The position numbers and the translations under genes are program-made. The notes under the pieces were generated by a model, which did no database searches, was not told the origin of the DNA, and saw nothing but the letters and a program-made list of their open reading frames with translations. Shown piece by piece: positions 1-7,809 of a stretch of DNA of 48,978 bases. Origin of the DNA: Alphaproteobacteria bacterium (GTDB lineage Bacteria; Pseudomonadota; Alphaproteobacteria; Rhodobacterales; Rhodobacteraceae); assembly GCA_037127855.1 (NCBI GenBank), contig JBAXXO010000001.1, forward strand, positions 1-48,978, in the 5' to 3' direction. Every line of letters begins with the position of its first letter. Position 1 is the stretch's first letter.

Positions 1-230
1 TGTTCGAAGCCAGATGTTTGGTCACAGTATTCCGCGACACTCCCGTCAGCCGCGCGATCTCGCGGATCGACAGCTTCTGCCGCAGATGCATCCGTCGGAT
101 GATGTTCAAAAGTCCCATATGGATCACTCCGTTGCCCCCACCGCTCACAGCTTCGGGGGAAGGTTCACATGGCTCAGTTCTCAATGAAAATTACGCGCCT
201 ACCCGGCTCAGTTCTGGGTGAAAATCAACA
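1..230 (-). mobile_element. IS21-family insertion sequence, left end (element continues beyond the window start)
   Basis: The minus strand begins TGTTGATTTTCACC at 230. Repeated subterminal motifs GGCTCAGTTCT..TGAAAAT at 171 and 205 are typical of IS21 ends and precede an IstA-like N-terminus. Confidence 0.85.
2..118 (-). CDS. istA: IS21 transposase IstA, N-terminal part (cut by window edge)
   Basis: Manual translation MGLLNIIRRMHLRQKLSIREIARLTGVSRNTVTKHLASN is an HTH typical of IstA. GGAG RBS lies upstream. Confidence 0.85.
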   Translation of the reverse strand, partial: MGLLNIIRRMHLRQKLSIREIARLTGVSRNTVTKHLASN

Positions 231-326
231 GAATGTGCCGGTTAACAGCCCAACCGGCATAACCCCCGAAAACAACGGAAAAATCCGGCCGCAGCCGGAT
301 CGGCAGAACGCTTTGGCTAGGGTAAG

Positions 327-403
327 TGGCGACCCCGGCGTGATTCGAACACGCGGCCTACGGTTTAGGAAACCGTCGCTCTATCCAGCTGAGCTACGGG
401 GTC
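327..403 (-). tRNA. tRNA-Arg(CCT)
   Basis: Cloverleaf GACCCCG-TA-GCTC..GAGC-ACGGT-TT CCT AA-ACCGT-..GCGTG TTCGAAT CACGC-CGGGGTC-G-CCA; 77 nt with encoded CCA. Confidence 0.97.
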
Positions 404-417
404 GTTTCCACAAACGG

Positions 418-446
418 TTCGTAAAACGGTTTGCGAAAGCGGTCAA
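418..446 (-). promoter_or_regulatory. Putative sigma70 promoter of tRNA-Arg
   Basis: TTGACC-N17-TACGAA on the minus strand just upstream of the tRNA. Confidence 0.45.
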
Positions 447-573
447 CCATTCTGAGCAAATGCACGGTCATGGATCACAAGCACAAAAGCCGCCACTTGG
501 GAGGACGCCGCTCTATCCCTTGAGCCAAGGTGCCCCTGATCTAGCAGCCTGTGCAATCACCTGCGTCCCAAGC

Positions 574-1062
574 GCGATCGTGGCATCTGGCTATCGCAAC
601 ATTGCTTTTCTGGGAACGCAGATGGACGGAGATTTTCGCGCGCGCAGACGACTGGAGGGGTTCGAAGATGCGCTGCACCGTGCCGGAATGGCGCTGGCGG
701 ACCGCGACTGCTATTTGTGCGGTTCAGCCCTGCTGAAAGGGCGCGAGATGAGGGCTGCCGTGTTGGCGCGCAGCAGCGCGGTGGAGTTTCTGCATTACTC
801 TCGTGACATGATCAGGGCCGGGGGGCTGCTTTAGTGTCACGACAAAGGGCGTGATGTGCCCATCAATCTGGGCCTTGCCGGGTTCAACGGGTTGGAATTG
901 CTGGACGGGCTGCCGGTGCGGCTGGCGACATTGGATGCCTGCCGGTTGGAGATCGCGCTGCGGGCAGCGCAGATCATCGCAGCGCGCAACGCAGACCCGG
1001 CTTTGGGGCCCGAGGTGGTCGAACTGTTGCCGACCCTCCAGCCCGGCGATACGATTCGGCAT
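574..1062 (+). pseudogene. LacI-family regulator, C-terminal ligand-binding fragment
   Basis: GYRNIAFLG..DFRARRRLEGFEDAL..GLAGFNGLELL..PVRLAT resembles a LacI sensor domain. There is an in-frame TAG at 832-834 and no N-terminal HTH. Confidence 0.75.
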
Positions 1063-1230
1063 TTTTGGCACGCTGCTGAAGAAACGTTGAAGCGGGTCGA
1101 CCGGAGTCCACGAAACGGAACACCCTTCCCGGGACGGCACAAAAGACGCGAGTTTTCTGGCTGTTCTGGGTCGCAACCAGAACGGTTTGCGCCAGTGGGC
1201 AGGCGCAAGATCCTTTTTCAGCCGCCTGCC

Positions 1231-1450
1231 AGGCTCAGGACTCACTGACCTTATCCAGAAGATGAGCATGGCCGCTATGGCGATGAGCGACATGAGAGAG
1301 TGTCCCAGCGGTCGTAGCGGGTGTGGATGCGCCGCCAATCCTTGCGCTTGCCGAACTTGTTTTCGATTTCATGCCGCTTGCAGTAGAGCGCCCGGTCAAG
1401 GGGCATCTGGGTTTTCCTGTTGGATTTCTATGAGATGCAGGCTTCGATCC
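1231..1450 (-). mobile_element. IS5-family (IS427-group) remnant: transposase C-terminus plus terminal IR
   Basis: Minus-strand translation IEACIS*KSNRK..DRALYCKRHEIENKFGKRKDWRRIHTRYDR, frameshift, then LMSLIAIAAMLIFW. End motif GGCTCAGGACTCA at 1232. Confidence 0.8.
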
Positions 1451-1488
1451 TCTGATCGGCGCGGGTGTCGCAACCAGTCGGCGTCATG

Positions 1489-1548
1489 GACCAAGAGCGA
1501 GTTGCGTTCAATCAAGTTCATCTGACCCAACGCAACGCGCTCTTGGTC
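1489..1548. repeat. Palindromic intergenic repeat, copy 1
   Basis: Arms GACCAAGAGCGAGTTGCGTT and AACGCAACGCGCTCTTGGTC (1 mismatch). Shares AGAGCGAGTTGCGTTCAATCA with the copy at 7758. Confidence 0.8.
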
Positions 1549-1556
1549 AGATACCC

Positions 1557-1584
1557 TTGCCTTCGCACGTCAAAGCCCTATGCT
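1557..1584 (+). promoter_or_regulatory. Putative promoter of the FMN riboswitch/ribD operon
   Basis: TTGCCT-N16-TATGCT immediately before the riboswitch 5' end. Confidence 0.45.
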
Positions 1585-1590
1585 TTGCCA

Positions 1591-1740
1591 CAGTTCTCAG
1601 GGCGGGGTGAAATTCCCCACCGGCGGTAATGACCTTAGGGTCTAGCCCGCGAGCGCCTTGCGTTTCTTAACGAACGCATGGGTCAGCAGACACCGGTGCG
1701 ATTCCGGGGCCGACGGTATAGTCCGGATGGAAGAGAACAG
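1591..1740 (+). ncRNA. FMN riboswitch (RFN element)
   Basis: Conserved blocks TCAGGGCGGGGTGAAATTCCCCACCGGCGGT, GCCCGCGAGC, GTCAGCAGA..CCGG, CCGACGGTATAGTCCGGATGGAAGAGAA, upstream of ribD. Confidence 0.97.
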
Positions 1741-1820
1741 GCCTTGATGCACTGCCCCTGCTTGGGGCAGGCCTTTTGGTTTGTGCGCCCCTGACACGGT
1801 TGGGTGATTGGGGTTGGCGC

Positions 1821-2819
1821 ATGACGCAAATGGACACAGCACAAGGCAAGCGAGCGGCCAGTTTGGCGGCGGCGTTTCGCAATGCGATCGATCTTGCGGC
1901 GGCGCATGAAGGGGCTACGGCGCCGAATCCCTGTGTCGGCTGCGTGCTATTGGATGCTGGGGGTGAAACTTTGGCAGCCGCCGCACATCTCGGTGCTGGC
2001 CAAGCTCATGCTGAAGCGCGGGCGATAGCAATGGCGCAAGCGGCCGGCGTTGCTGGCAGGATCGCCACGGTGGTGGTCACGCTGGAGCCGTGCGACCATC
2101 ACGGCCATACCGGCCCCTGTAGTGACGCCATCCTGGCCACCCCGGCGCGCGAGGTTTGGTATGGACTTCTTGACCCCAATTCAAACGCCGCAGGTGGGGC
2201 CGAACGGTTGCGCCGGGCGGGTCTGACGGTGCGGTCGCTTGCGGAACTGCGCCACGCAGAACGTGACCGGTTGCTGACCGATGCGACGCGGCTATTGGCG
2301 CCATTTGCGACGCGGGTGCGATTGGGGCGGCCGTTCGTGACTGTCAAGCAAGCGGTGAATATCTCCGGCAGCATGATCCCGAACGCCGGGCAAAAGACCT
2401 TCACCGGACCGGACGCGTTAAGACTTGCGCATCGCTTGCGTCGCCGCGCCGACGCCATCTTGACCGGCTCTGGCACAATTCTGGCAGACCGCCCGGAATT
2501 CACCGTGCGCCATCTGCCTGACATACCGGGAAAATCGCGCATCTTGTGCATTCTTGACCGCAGGGGCAGGGTCGATGCCGCTTATCTGTCAGAGGCGCAA
2601 CGGCGTGGTTTTCGAACCAGGATCGAATCCGACCTTGTAACGGCGCTGCACGCGTTGGGCGATGCCGGATGCAACGAAGTTCTGGTCGAGGCCGGCCCTA
2701 CGCTTCTAAGCACGGTCCGCCAAGACGGGCTTTGGGACGAATGGGTGTTGATCGAGGCAGGCGCAGCCGGACAAAGCGACCGCATCACCTGCACCAACCG
2801 AAACCACCAAGCCAGATAG
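1821..2819 (+). CDS. ribD: Bifunctional pyrimidine deaminase/reductase RibD
   Basis: PNPCVGCV, HAE and TLEPC-x8-PC deaminase motifs; ADAILTGSGT..D.P and VLVEAGPTL reductase motifs. Start may be 1821 or 1830. Confidence 0.93.
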   Translation: MTQMDTAQGKRAASLAAAFRNAIDLAAAHEGATAPNPCVGCVLLDAGGETLAAAAHLGAGQAHAEARAIAMAQAAGVAGRIATVVVTLEPCDHHGHTGPCSDAILATPAREVWYGLLDPNSNAAGGAERLRRAGLTVRSLAELRHAERDRLLTDATRLLAPFATRVRLGRPFVTVKQAVNISGSMIPNAGQKTFTGPDALRLAHRLRRRADAILTGSGTILADRPEFTVRHLPDIPGKSRILCILDRRGRVDAAYLSEAQRRGFRTRIESDLVTALHALGDAGCNEVLVEAGPTLLSTVRQDGLWDEWVLIEAGAAGQSDRITCTNRNHQAR

Positions 2820-2830
2820 AGGGATACTGG

Positions 2831-3436
2831 ATGTTTTCTGGAATCATCGAAAAACTCGGTCGAGTCCGATCCGCTGTTCTAGCTGACGGCAACCTGACGC
2901 TTGATCTCGAAACCGGCTTTGGCGACCTTGACCTGGGCGAAAGCGTCGCGGTGAACGGCACCTGCCTTACCGTGGCGGGCTTTAGCGCGTCAGGCCTTGC
3001 GCAGTTCTACGTCAGCCCCGAAACGTTGGAGCGGACCAACCTTGGCACTTTGCGGGCCGGAGCAGCAGTCAATCTTGAGCGGGCGGTGGCGATGGCAACG
3101 CGGCTTTCGGGTCATCTTGTGCAGGGGCATGTGGATGGACTGGCACATCTTGACGCGGTCACGCCCGATGCGGGCGCATATCGGATCGAGCTTACGTTGC
3201 CACAAAGCCTTGCGCGCTATTGCGTGGAAAAGGGCTCGATCGCCCTTGATGGGATCAGCCTTACTCTGAATACTGTGACCGACCTGCCAGAGGGCGGGTG
3301 TCGGATATACCTTACGATCATCCCGCACACGTGGACGCATACCAACCTGCAAGACCGCAAGCCGGGCGACCTGCTCAATGTGGAATCCGATGTCATCGCG
3401 AAATATGTGGAGCGACTATGCAAACCATCCCTCTGA
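2831..3436 (+). CDS. ribE: Riboflavin synthase (alpha-chain type)
   Basis: MFSGII N-terminus, GESVAVNGTCLTV, VNLERA, GHLVQGHVDG, KGSIALDGISLT. Confidence 0.95.
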   Translation: MFSGIIEKLGRVRSAVLADGNLTLDLETGFGDLDLGESVAVNGTCLTVAGFSASGLAQFYVSPETLERTNLGTLRAGAAVNLERAVAMATRLSGHLVQGHVDGLAHLDAVTPDAGAYRIELTLPQSLARYCVEKGSIALDGISLTLNTVTDLPEGGCRIYLTIIPHTWTHTNLQDRKPGDLLNVESDVIAKYVERLCKPSL

Positions 3437-4083
3437 CGCCAAGGTCGCGGCGCAATGCGCGTTCAGAGGTCGAGTTCATCGCGGTGGCCGATCTGCCGAC
3501 CATCTATTCCGAACACCCGTTCCGCGCGCATTCTTTTCGCAGCCGAAATGACGGCACTGAGCATCTTGCGCTTGTGTCACCCGGCGTCACAACGGGTGTG
3601 CCGCTGGTGCGCGTGCATTCGGAATGCCTCACGGGTGATGCTTTTGGTTCTCTGCGCTGTGATTGTGGGCCACAGCTACAGGAAAGCTTGCGCAAGTTGG
3701 CCGAGTCGGCGGGTGGGATCCTGATCTATCTGCGCGGGCAAGAAGGTCGCGGGATAGGGCTGGCCAACAAGATGCGGGCCTATGCCTTGCAAGATGGTGG
3801 TATGGATACAGCAGAGGCCAACCACGCCCTTGGCCTGCCGGAGGATGCACGTGAATATGTCGAAGCCGCCGAGATTCTGCGGGCTTTGGGCGTGGCGCGG
3901 GTGCGGCTGTTAACCAATAATCCCGAAAAGGTTGCCGCCCTGCGTCAAAACGGAATTGAGGTGACCCGCGTCGAGCCGCTCGTGATTGCCGCGAACCCAT
4001 TTAACGCACGCTATCTGGACACCAAGGCGCGGAAGTTTGGCCACGCGCTCCCAATGTCGGGCACGCCACGAAGCGACGTCTGA
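3418..4083 (+). CDS. ribA: Monofunctional GTP cyclohydrolase II
   Basis: LVRVHSECLTGDAFGSLRCDCG, QEGRGIGL.NK, LLTNNP.K; no RibB domain. Confidence 0.95.
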   Translation: MQTIPLTPRSRRNARSEVEFIAVADLPTIYSEHPFRAHSFRSRNDGTEHLALVSPGVTTGVPLVRVHSECLTGDAFGSLRCDCGPQLQESLRKLAESAGGILIYLRGQEGRGIGLANKMRAYALQDGGMDTAEANHALGLPEDAREYVEAAEILRALGVARVRLLTNNPEKVAALRQNGIEVTRVEPLVIAANPFNARYLDTKARKFGHALPMSGTPRSDV

Positions 4084-4127
4084 CTGGGCAGGCCAACCGA
4101 TTGGGCTGGCATGCTTTTGAAAGCGGG

Positions 4128-4607
4128 TCAGGCGACCCTGCTCGCTACCTGCCTGGCGATCGACGCATTCAGATCCAGTATCTGGCGCACAGCATTGGCG
4201 GCCTCTTCACCTTTCTTGATGAAATGTTCGCGGAAAAAGCCAGTCAGCGCATCGACGGGCTGGAAATTGTGCGGGGTGAGCGAGACCGAAAACACAGGGA
4301 TTCCGGTGTCCATCTGCGCAGTCATCAGCCCGTTGACCACCGCGGCGGCCACGAAATCGTGGCGGTAAATGCCACCATCCACCACCAGCGCCGCCGCGAC
4401 AACCGCATCAAAGCGGCCAGTCTGCGCCAGTTTCTTAGCCAAGAGTGGCATTTCGAAAGCGCCCGGCACATCAAACGTTTCGACGAGCGCGCCTGGCATG
4501 ATCTGCGCCGCAGCTGCCTCAAAACCATCATGGGCGCGGTCCACGATCTCCTTGTGCCAACGCGCCTTGATAAAGGCGATTTTGATTGCTTCATACGTTT
4601 CAGTCAT
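4128..4607 (-). CDS. ribH: 6,7-dimethyl-8-ribityllumazine synthase, type II (RibH2-like)
   Basis: IAFIKARWH..IV, DVPGAFEMPL, LVVDGGIYRHDFVA, VFSVSLTPH, F..HF..KG.EAA match type-II signatures. Confidence 0.93.
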   Translation of the reverse strand: MTETYEAIKIAFIKARWHKEIVDRAHDGFEAAAAQIMPGALVETFDVPGAFEMPLLAKKLAQTGRFDAVVAAALVVDGGIYRHDFVAAAVVNGLMTAQMDTGIPVFSVSLTPHNFQPVDALTGFFREHFIKKGEEAANAVRQILDLNASIARQVASRVA

Positions 4608-4686
4608 TTTGGAACCTCTGCAAAGTGGCGTCAGTCCCAGAGCACGAGCCAAGACATATTCACTGCGCAAAGGGCGCATATGCCAA

Positions 4687-4820
4687 GGTTCTCTTCCATC
4701 CGGACTATACCGTCGGCCCCGGAATCACACCGGATCTGCTGACCCAAGGACTTCGTAAGAAACCCAAGGCGCTCGCGGGCTATACCGCCGGTGGGGAATT
4801 GCGCCCCGCCCTGAGAACAC
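4687..4820 (-). ncRNA. FMN riboswitch (RFN element) upstream of ribH
   Basis: Minus strand GTTCTCAGGGCGGGGCGCAATTCCCCACCGGCGGT..GTCAGCAGATCCGG..CCGACGGTATAGTCCGGATGGAAGAGAAC. Confidence 0.97.
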
Positions 4821-4954
4821 TTAGAATGTAACACGCCAAAAGGCGCAGGCCAAGCCTTTGAGTGCATCTTGCAGGTGGTCTGATGCCAGATGGGCAAGAG
4901 CCCCGTCCACCTCAATTTGAAACTCGCTTGGCGTGGCCGTGGATCGTGTCCAAT

Positions 4955-5207
4955 TTTGTGGTGTGGCTTCGGGGGCGCAAACTGGTCCCACCGCCGCAGG
5001 TGGGTCGAGACGAAGATGCAGTGCGTCAAACTGCTGGGCCGGCGGCTGGCAACTCGGGACTTTGACACTCAGATCGCAAAGGCTCATGTCAGCTCTGCCC
5101 GTGCCGAATGGCTTCACCGCGCTCGGCTTTCCCCTCACGCAAGCCGTGGGATAGGTCGGTCCGGGAATAGGGACCTCCGCCAGTCAACCTCTTTGTCCAT
5201 CATAGTT
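4955..5207 (+). mobile_element. IS5-family (IS903-group) remnant: transposase C-terminus and degenerate right end
   Basis: SHRRRWVETKMQCVKLLGRRLATRDFDTQIA, frameshift, then NGFTALGFPLTQAVG* matches IS903-group C-termini. Confidence 0.8.
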
Positions 5208-5356
5208 GGGCGCAGGTCAAAAAGTCTTGCGGAGTTGGCCCAGATCAAATACTCACCAACCTCGAAGATCGCCACGGGTGGTCGGGACAGTGTTACGGTG
5301 TTGAGGGTGTTTCTCCGCGTGTTTGAGTTGAGAAACAGCGTAAAGGAGACGATTGA

Positions 5357-6832
5357 ATGACGATATCAACCGGCCGGAATGCCACGTTGATCGCGATGTT
5401 GCTTGGGATCAGTATTTCGTGGCATGGCGTGGCTTTCGCACAGAACAATCCGGTCACCGAGACCGAGATCGAACGCGGATTATCCGACGCTGCAGTGCTT
5501 GACGATACCACGCTGGACGCGATGACCTCGCCGATTGCCTTGTATCCGGACACCTTGCTTGGGCAGGTTCTGATCGCCGCAACCTATCCGATGGATGTGA
5601 TGAAGGCGGATCGTTTCCTGTTGGCGAATGCGGCTTTGACCGACCGAGAACGGGCGGCAGCGGTCAATGATCAGGACTGGCCGGATGCGGTGAAAAGTCT
5701 TGCGGCCGGGTTCCCCGAGCTTGTCAGCCGCATGGCTGAACATATCGACTGGACCGAAACCATGGGTCAGGCCCTGATTTCGCAGACCGATGACGTTCTG
5801 GCCTCGATCCAGCGACTGCGTGCGCAAGCGAAAGTCAATGGATATCTGGACAATAATCCAGCGATGACGGTCGAAACCGATGTGCAAACCCAAAACATCA
5901 CCATAACGTCGACGAACCCAAACATGGTCTATGTTCCGGAATACACCAACGTTGTGTATTCTCAACCGGCGCCGCCGACATCCTATTACGTCTATGATAC
6001 GAACAACCCAAACTATTACTGGGGTGATGCTCTGGCGACTGGCGTGGTGGTCTGGGGTACTGTCGCAATCATCGATAACATTTTTGACGATGACTGGGGC
6101 AATGGTTGGGATAACGATTATTGGCATGGGAACGGCCACGGCGGCGGCAACTCCATTGACTGGGACGGCGATATCAACATCGACAATGGTATCAATATCG
6201 GCAACGGCAATATCGGCAGTGGCAATCGCCCAAGCATCGACAAGAGCGGCATGATAATCGGTGGTGACAAAATTACCGGAATAGACAAGTCGAAACTGAC
6301 CAATATAGACAAGTCGAACATGGCCAATATAGACAAGTCGAATTTGACCAAACTTGATCGTAGCAACATTGGAAATGGGGCGCAGATCGGGGCCGTGGAT
6401 CAGGACCGTCTGGATCGTGCCCGTGATACGAATTTCAAACCGACGGCGACCGATCGGGACGCTGCGCGCGCCAAATTGGCCAGCCGCGAGGCGTCTGGAC
6501 GTGACCTGTCGACGCTACCGCCAGCGAGGGGCGTCAAACAGGGCGCTAAGGATTACGCGCCTGCGGCGACGACCAAACTCGCCACGAGACCAGCTGAAAA
6601 GCCAACGACCAAACCGATCGCAAAACCTGCGGCCGTAAAACCTGCGGCGGCAAAGCCCGCAAATTCGGTTTCAGCGAACAGACCGACGCCCAAAGTCTCT
6701 AAACCCAACTTGCCCTCCAAACCGCCAAACAGGCCCAAACCCGCTGCAAAAGGGGCCATGCTTGAACAGCATGGTGGGTCACGTGCAGGGGCCGCATCTG
6801 CACGCGGAAATGCAAGCCGAAAGGGGCGTTAA
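5357..6832 (+). CDS. Exported DUF3300-domain protein with low-complexity G/N/D- and K/P/A-rich tail
   Basis: Signal peptide (AFA-Q); LDAMTSPIALYPDTLLGQVLIAATYP, W..AVKSL, WT..G.A...Q..DV..SIQRLR..A, VYVPEY are DUF3300 motifs. Confidence 0.85.
   Translation: MTISTGRNATLIAMLLGISISWHGVAFAQNNPVTETEIERGLSDAAVLDDTTLDAMTSPIALYPDTLLGQVLIAATYPMDVMKADRFLLANAALTDRERAAAVNDQDWPDAVKSLAAGFPELVSRMAEHIDWTETMGQALISQTDDVLASIQRLRAQAKVNGYLDNNPAMTVETDVQTQNITITSTNPNMVYVPEYTNVVYSQPAPPTSYYVYDTNNPNYYWGDALATGVVVWGTVAIIDNIFDDDWGNGWDNDYWHGNGHGGGNSIDWDGDINIDNGINIGNGNIGSGNRPSIDKSGMIIGGDKITGIDKSKLTNIDKSNMANIDKSNLTKLDRSNIGNGAQIGAVDQDRLDRARDTNFKPTATDRDAARAKLASREASGRDLSTLPPARGVKQGAKDYAPAATTKLATRPAEKPTTKPIAKPAAVKPAAAKPANSVSANRPTPKVSKPNLPSKPPNRPKPAAKGAMLEQHGGSRAGAASARGNASRKGR
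6281..6366 (+). repeat. Intragenic 24-bp tandem repeat (IDKS-x4 octapeptide)
   Basis: ATAGACAAGTCGAA at 6281, 6305 and 6329; the protein reads IDKSKLTN IDKSNMAN IDKSNLTK LDRSN. Confidence 0.85.
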
Positions 6833-6833
6833 G

Positions 6834-7760
6834 ATGAAAATGAACGCGATCAAAACCAGCACTGCCGCCGTGATCCTAGGCGTTTACGGTTTTTCTGCCC
6901 TGGCTGCCCCTGCCAACTACCCCGACCCGGCTGCGGCTGTCGATGCTTTTGTTGCGGCACTGACGGCAAGCGATCAGGCGGCATTGCTGATGGTCATGGG
7001 GACAGAGGCGCAGGATCTGATCTCTTCGGGTGACAAGGCGCGGGATATTGAGGCGCGCGCGCTTTTTCTGACGGCATACGAGCGGTTCCATGGTCTGACC
7101 GAGATCGCTGACAACGAACGGGAACTGGTTGTCGGGCGGACACTGTGGCCATTTCCTGTACCGTTGATCAAGGGCGATGCCGGTTGGCATTTCGACCCTG
7201 ACGCGGCCCGGGACGAGATTGTGTCACGGCGCATCGGTCTGAACGAGTTGGATGTCATAGACGTTCTGCACAAGGTGGCGGGTGTCCAATCAGCCTTTCA
7301 CGCCATCGACCACGATGATGACGGCGTCATGGAATACGCATCTTCCATTGTGTCAACCCCGGGGCACCGTGATGGCTTGTACTGGCCGCCTGAGGAAGGC
7401 ACTGAAGTCAGCCCGCTTGGTGCCAATATCGCGCTGGCGGCAGCAGATGGGATCGCTATCGACGGTGTTGACCAGGAGCCGGTCCCCTATCTTGGTTACT
7501 ATTTCCGCATCTTGACCAAGCAAGGCCCAGACGCGCCGGGTGGTGCCTATAGTTACATGATCAATGGCAACATGGTGGCGGGTTTTGCAATGCTGGCTTA
7601 TCCCGCCGCACCGGGCAATACCGGGGTCATGAGCTTTATCGTCGGCAGCAACGGCGTGATCCATGAGGCAAACCTTGGCGATGACACGCTTGCTATCGCC
7701 GCAGACATCCGTTCGTTCAATCCCAACAAGATGTGGACAAAGGTCGAAGATCTGAACTAG
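6834..7760 (+). CDS. Exported DUF2950-family protein
   Basis: Signal peptide; WPFPVPL..W.FD, EI..RRIG.NEL, DGLYW, PY.GYYFRIL..QG..APGGA..Y, GFA..AYPA..G.TGVMSF. Usual partner of DUF3300. Confidence 0.88.
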   Translation: MKMNAIKTSTAAVILGVYGFSALAAPANYPDPAAAVDAFVAALTASDQAALLMVMGTEAQDLISSGDKARDIEARALFLTAYERFHGLTEIADNERELVVGRTLWPFPVPLIKGDAGWHFDPDAARDEIVSRRIGLNELDVIDVLHKVAGVQSAFHAIDHDDDGVMEYASSIVSTPGHRDGLYWPPEEGTEVSPLGANIALAAADGIAIDGVDQEPVPYLGYYFRILTKQGPDAPGGAYSYMINGNMVAGFAMLAYPAAPGNTGVMSFIVGSNGVIHEANLGDDTLAIAADIRSFNPNKMWTKVEDLN

Positions 7761-7809
7761 AGCGAGTTGCGTTCAATCAGGTGAACCTGATTGAACGCAA
7801 CTCGCTCTA
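7758..7809. repeat. Perfect 52-bp palindrome (copy 2) containing the stop codons of both convergent genes; probable bidirectional terminator-like hairpin
   Basis: TAGAGCGAGTTGCGTTCAATCAGGT-GA-ACCTGATTGAACGCAACTCGCTCTA, with 25-bp perfect arms. Confidence 0.9.

Noticed and set aside
169-834. 221-aa plus-strand ORF
   Set aside because: It runs through the IS end and antisense across the tRNA. Only its last ~85 codons are a real (LacI pseudogene) frame.
832-834. In-frame TAG as possible pyrrolysine or readthrough codon
   Set aside because: The gene also lacks its N-terminus and no pyl genes are present; simple decay explains it.
2831-3436. Possible non-catalytic lumazine protein (MFSG instead of MFTG)
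   Set aside because: Phe2, the Ser/Cys of ESVAVNGTC and the GH.VQGHVD motif are retained, and the operon context fits a true riboflavin synthase.
5235-5248. FNR/FnrL-like site TTGGC-N4-ATCAA upstream of DUF3300
   Set aside because: Only one half-site matches; too weak without comparative support.
6281-6366. Periodic repeats as a CRISPR array
   Set aside because: The 24-bp period is in frame within a CDS, spacers are only 10 bp, and no cas genes are present.
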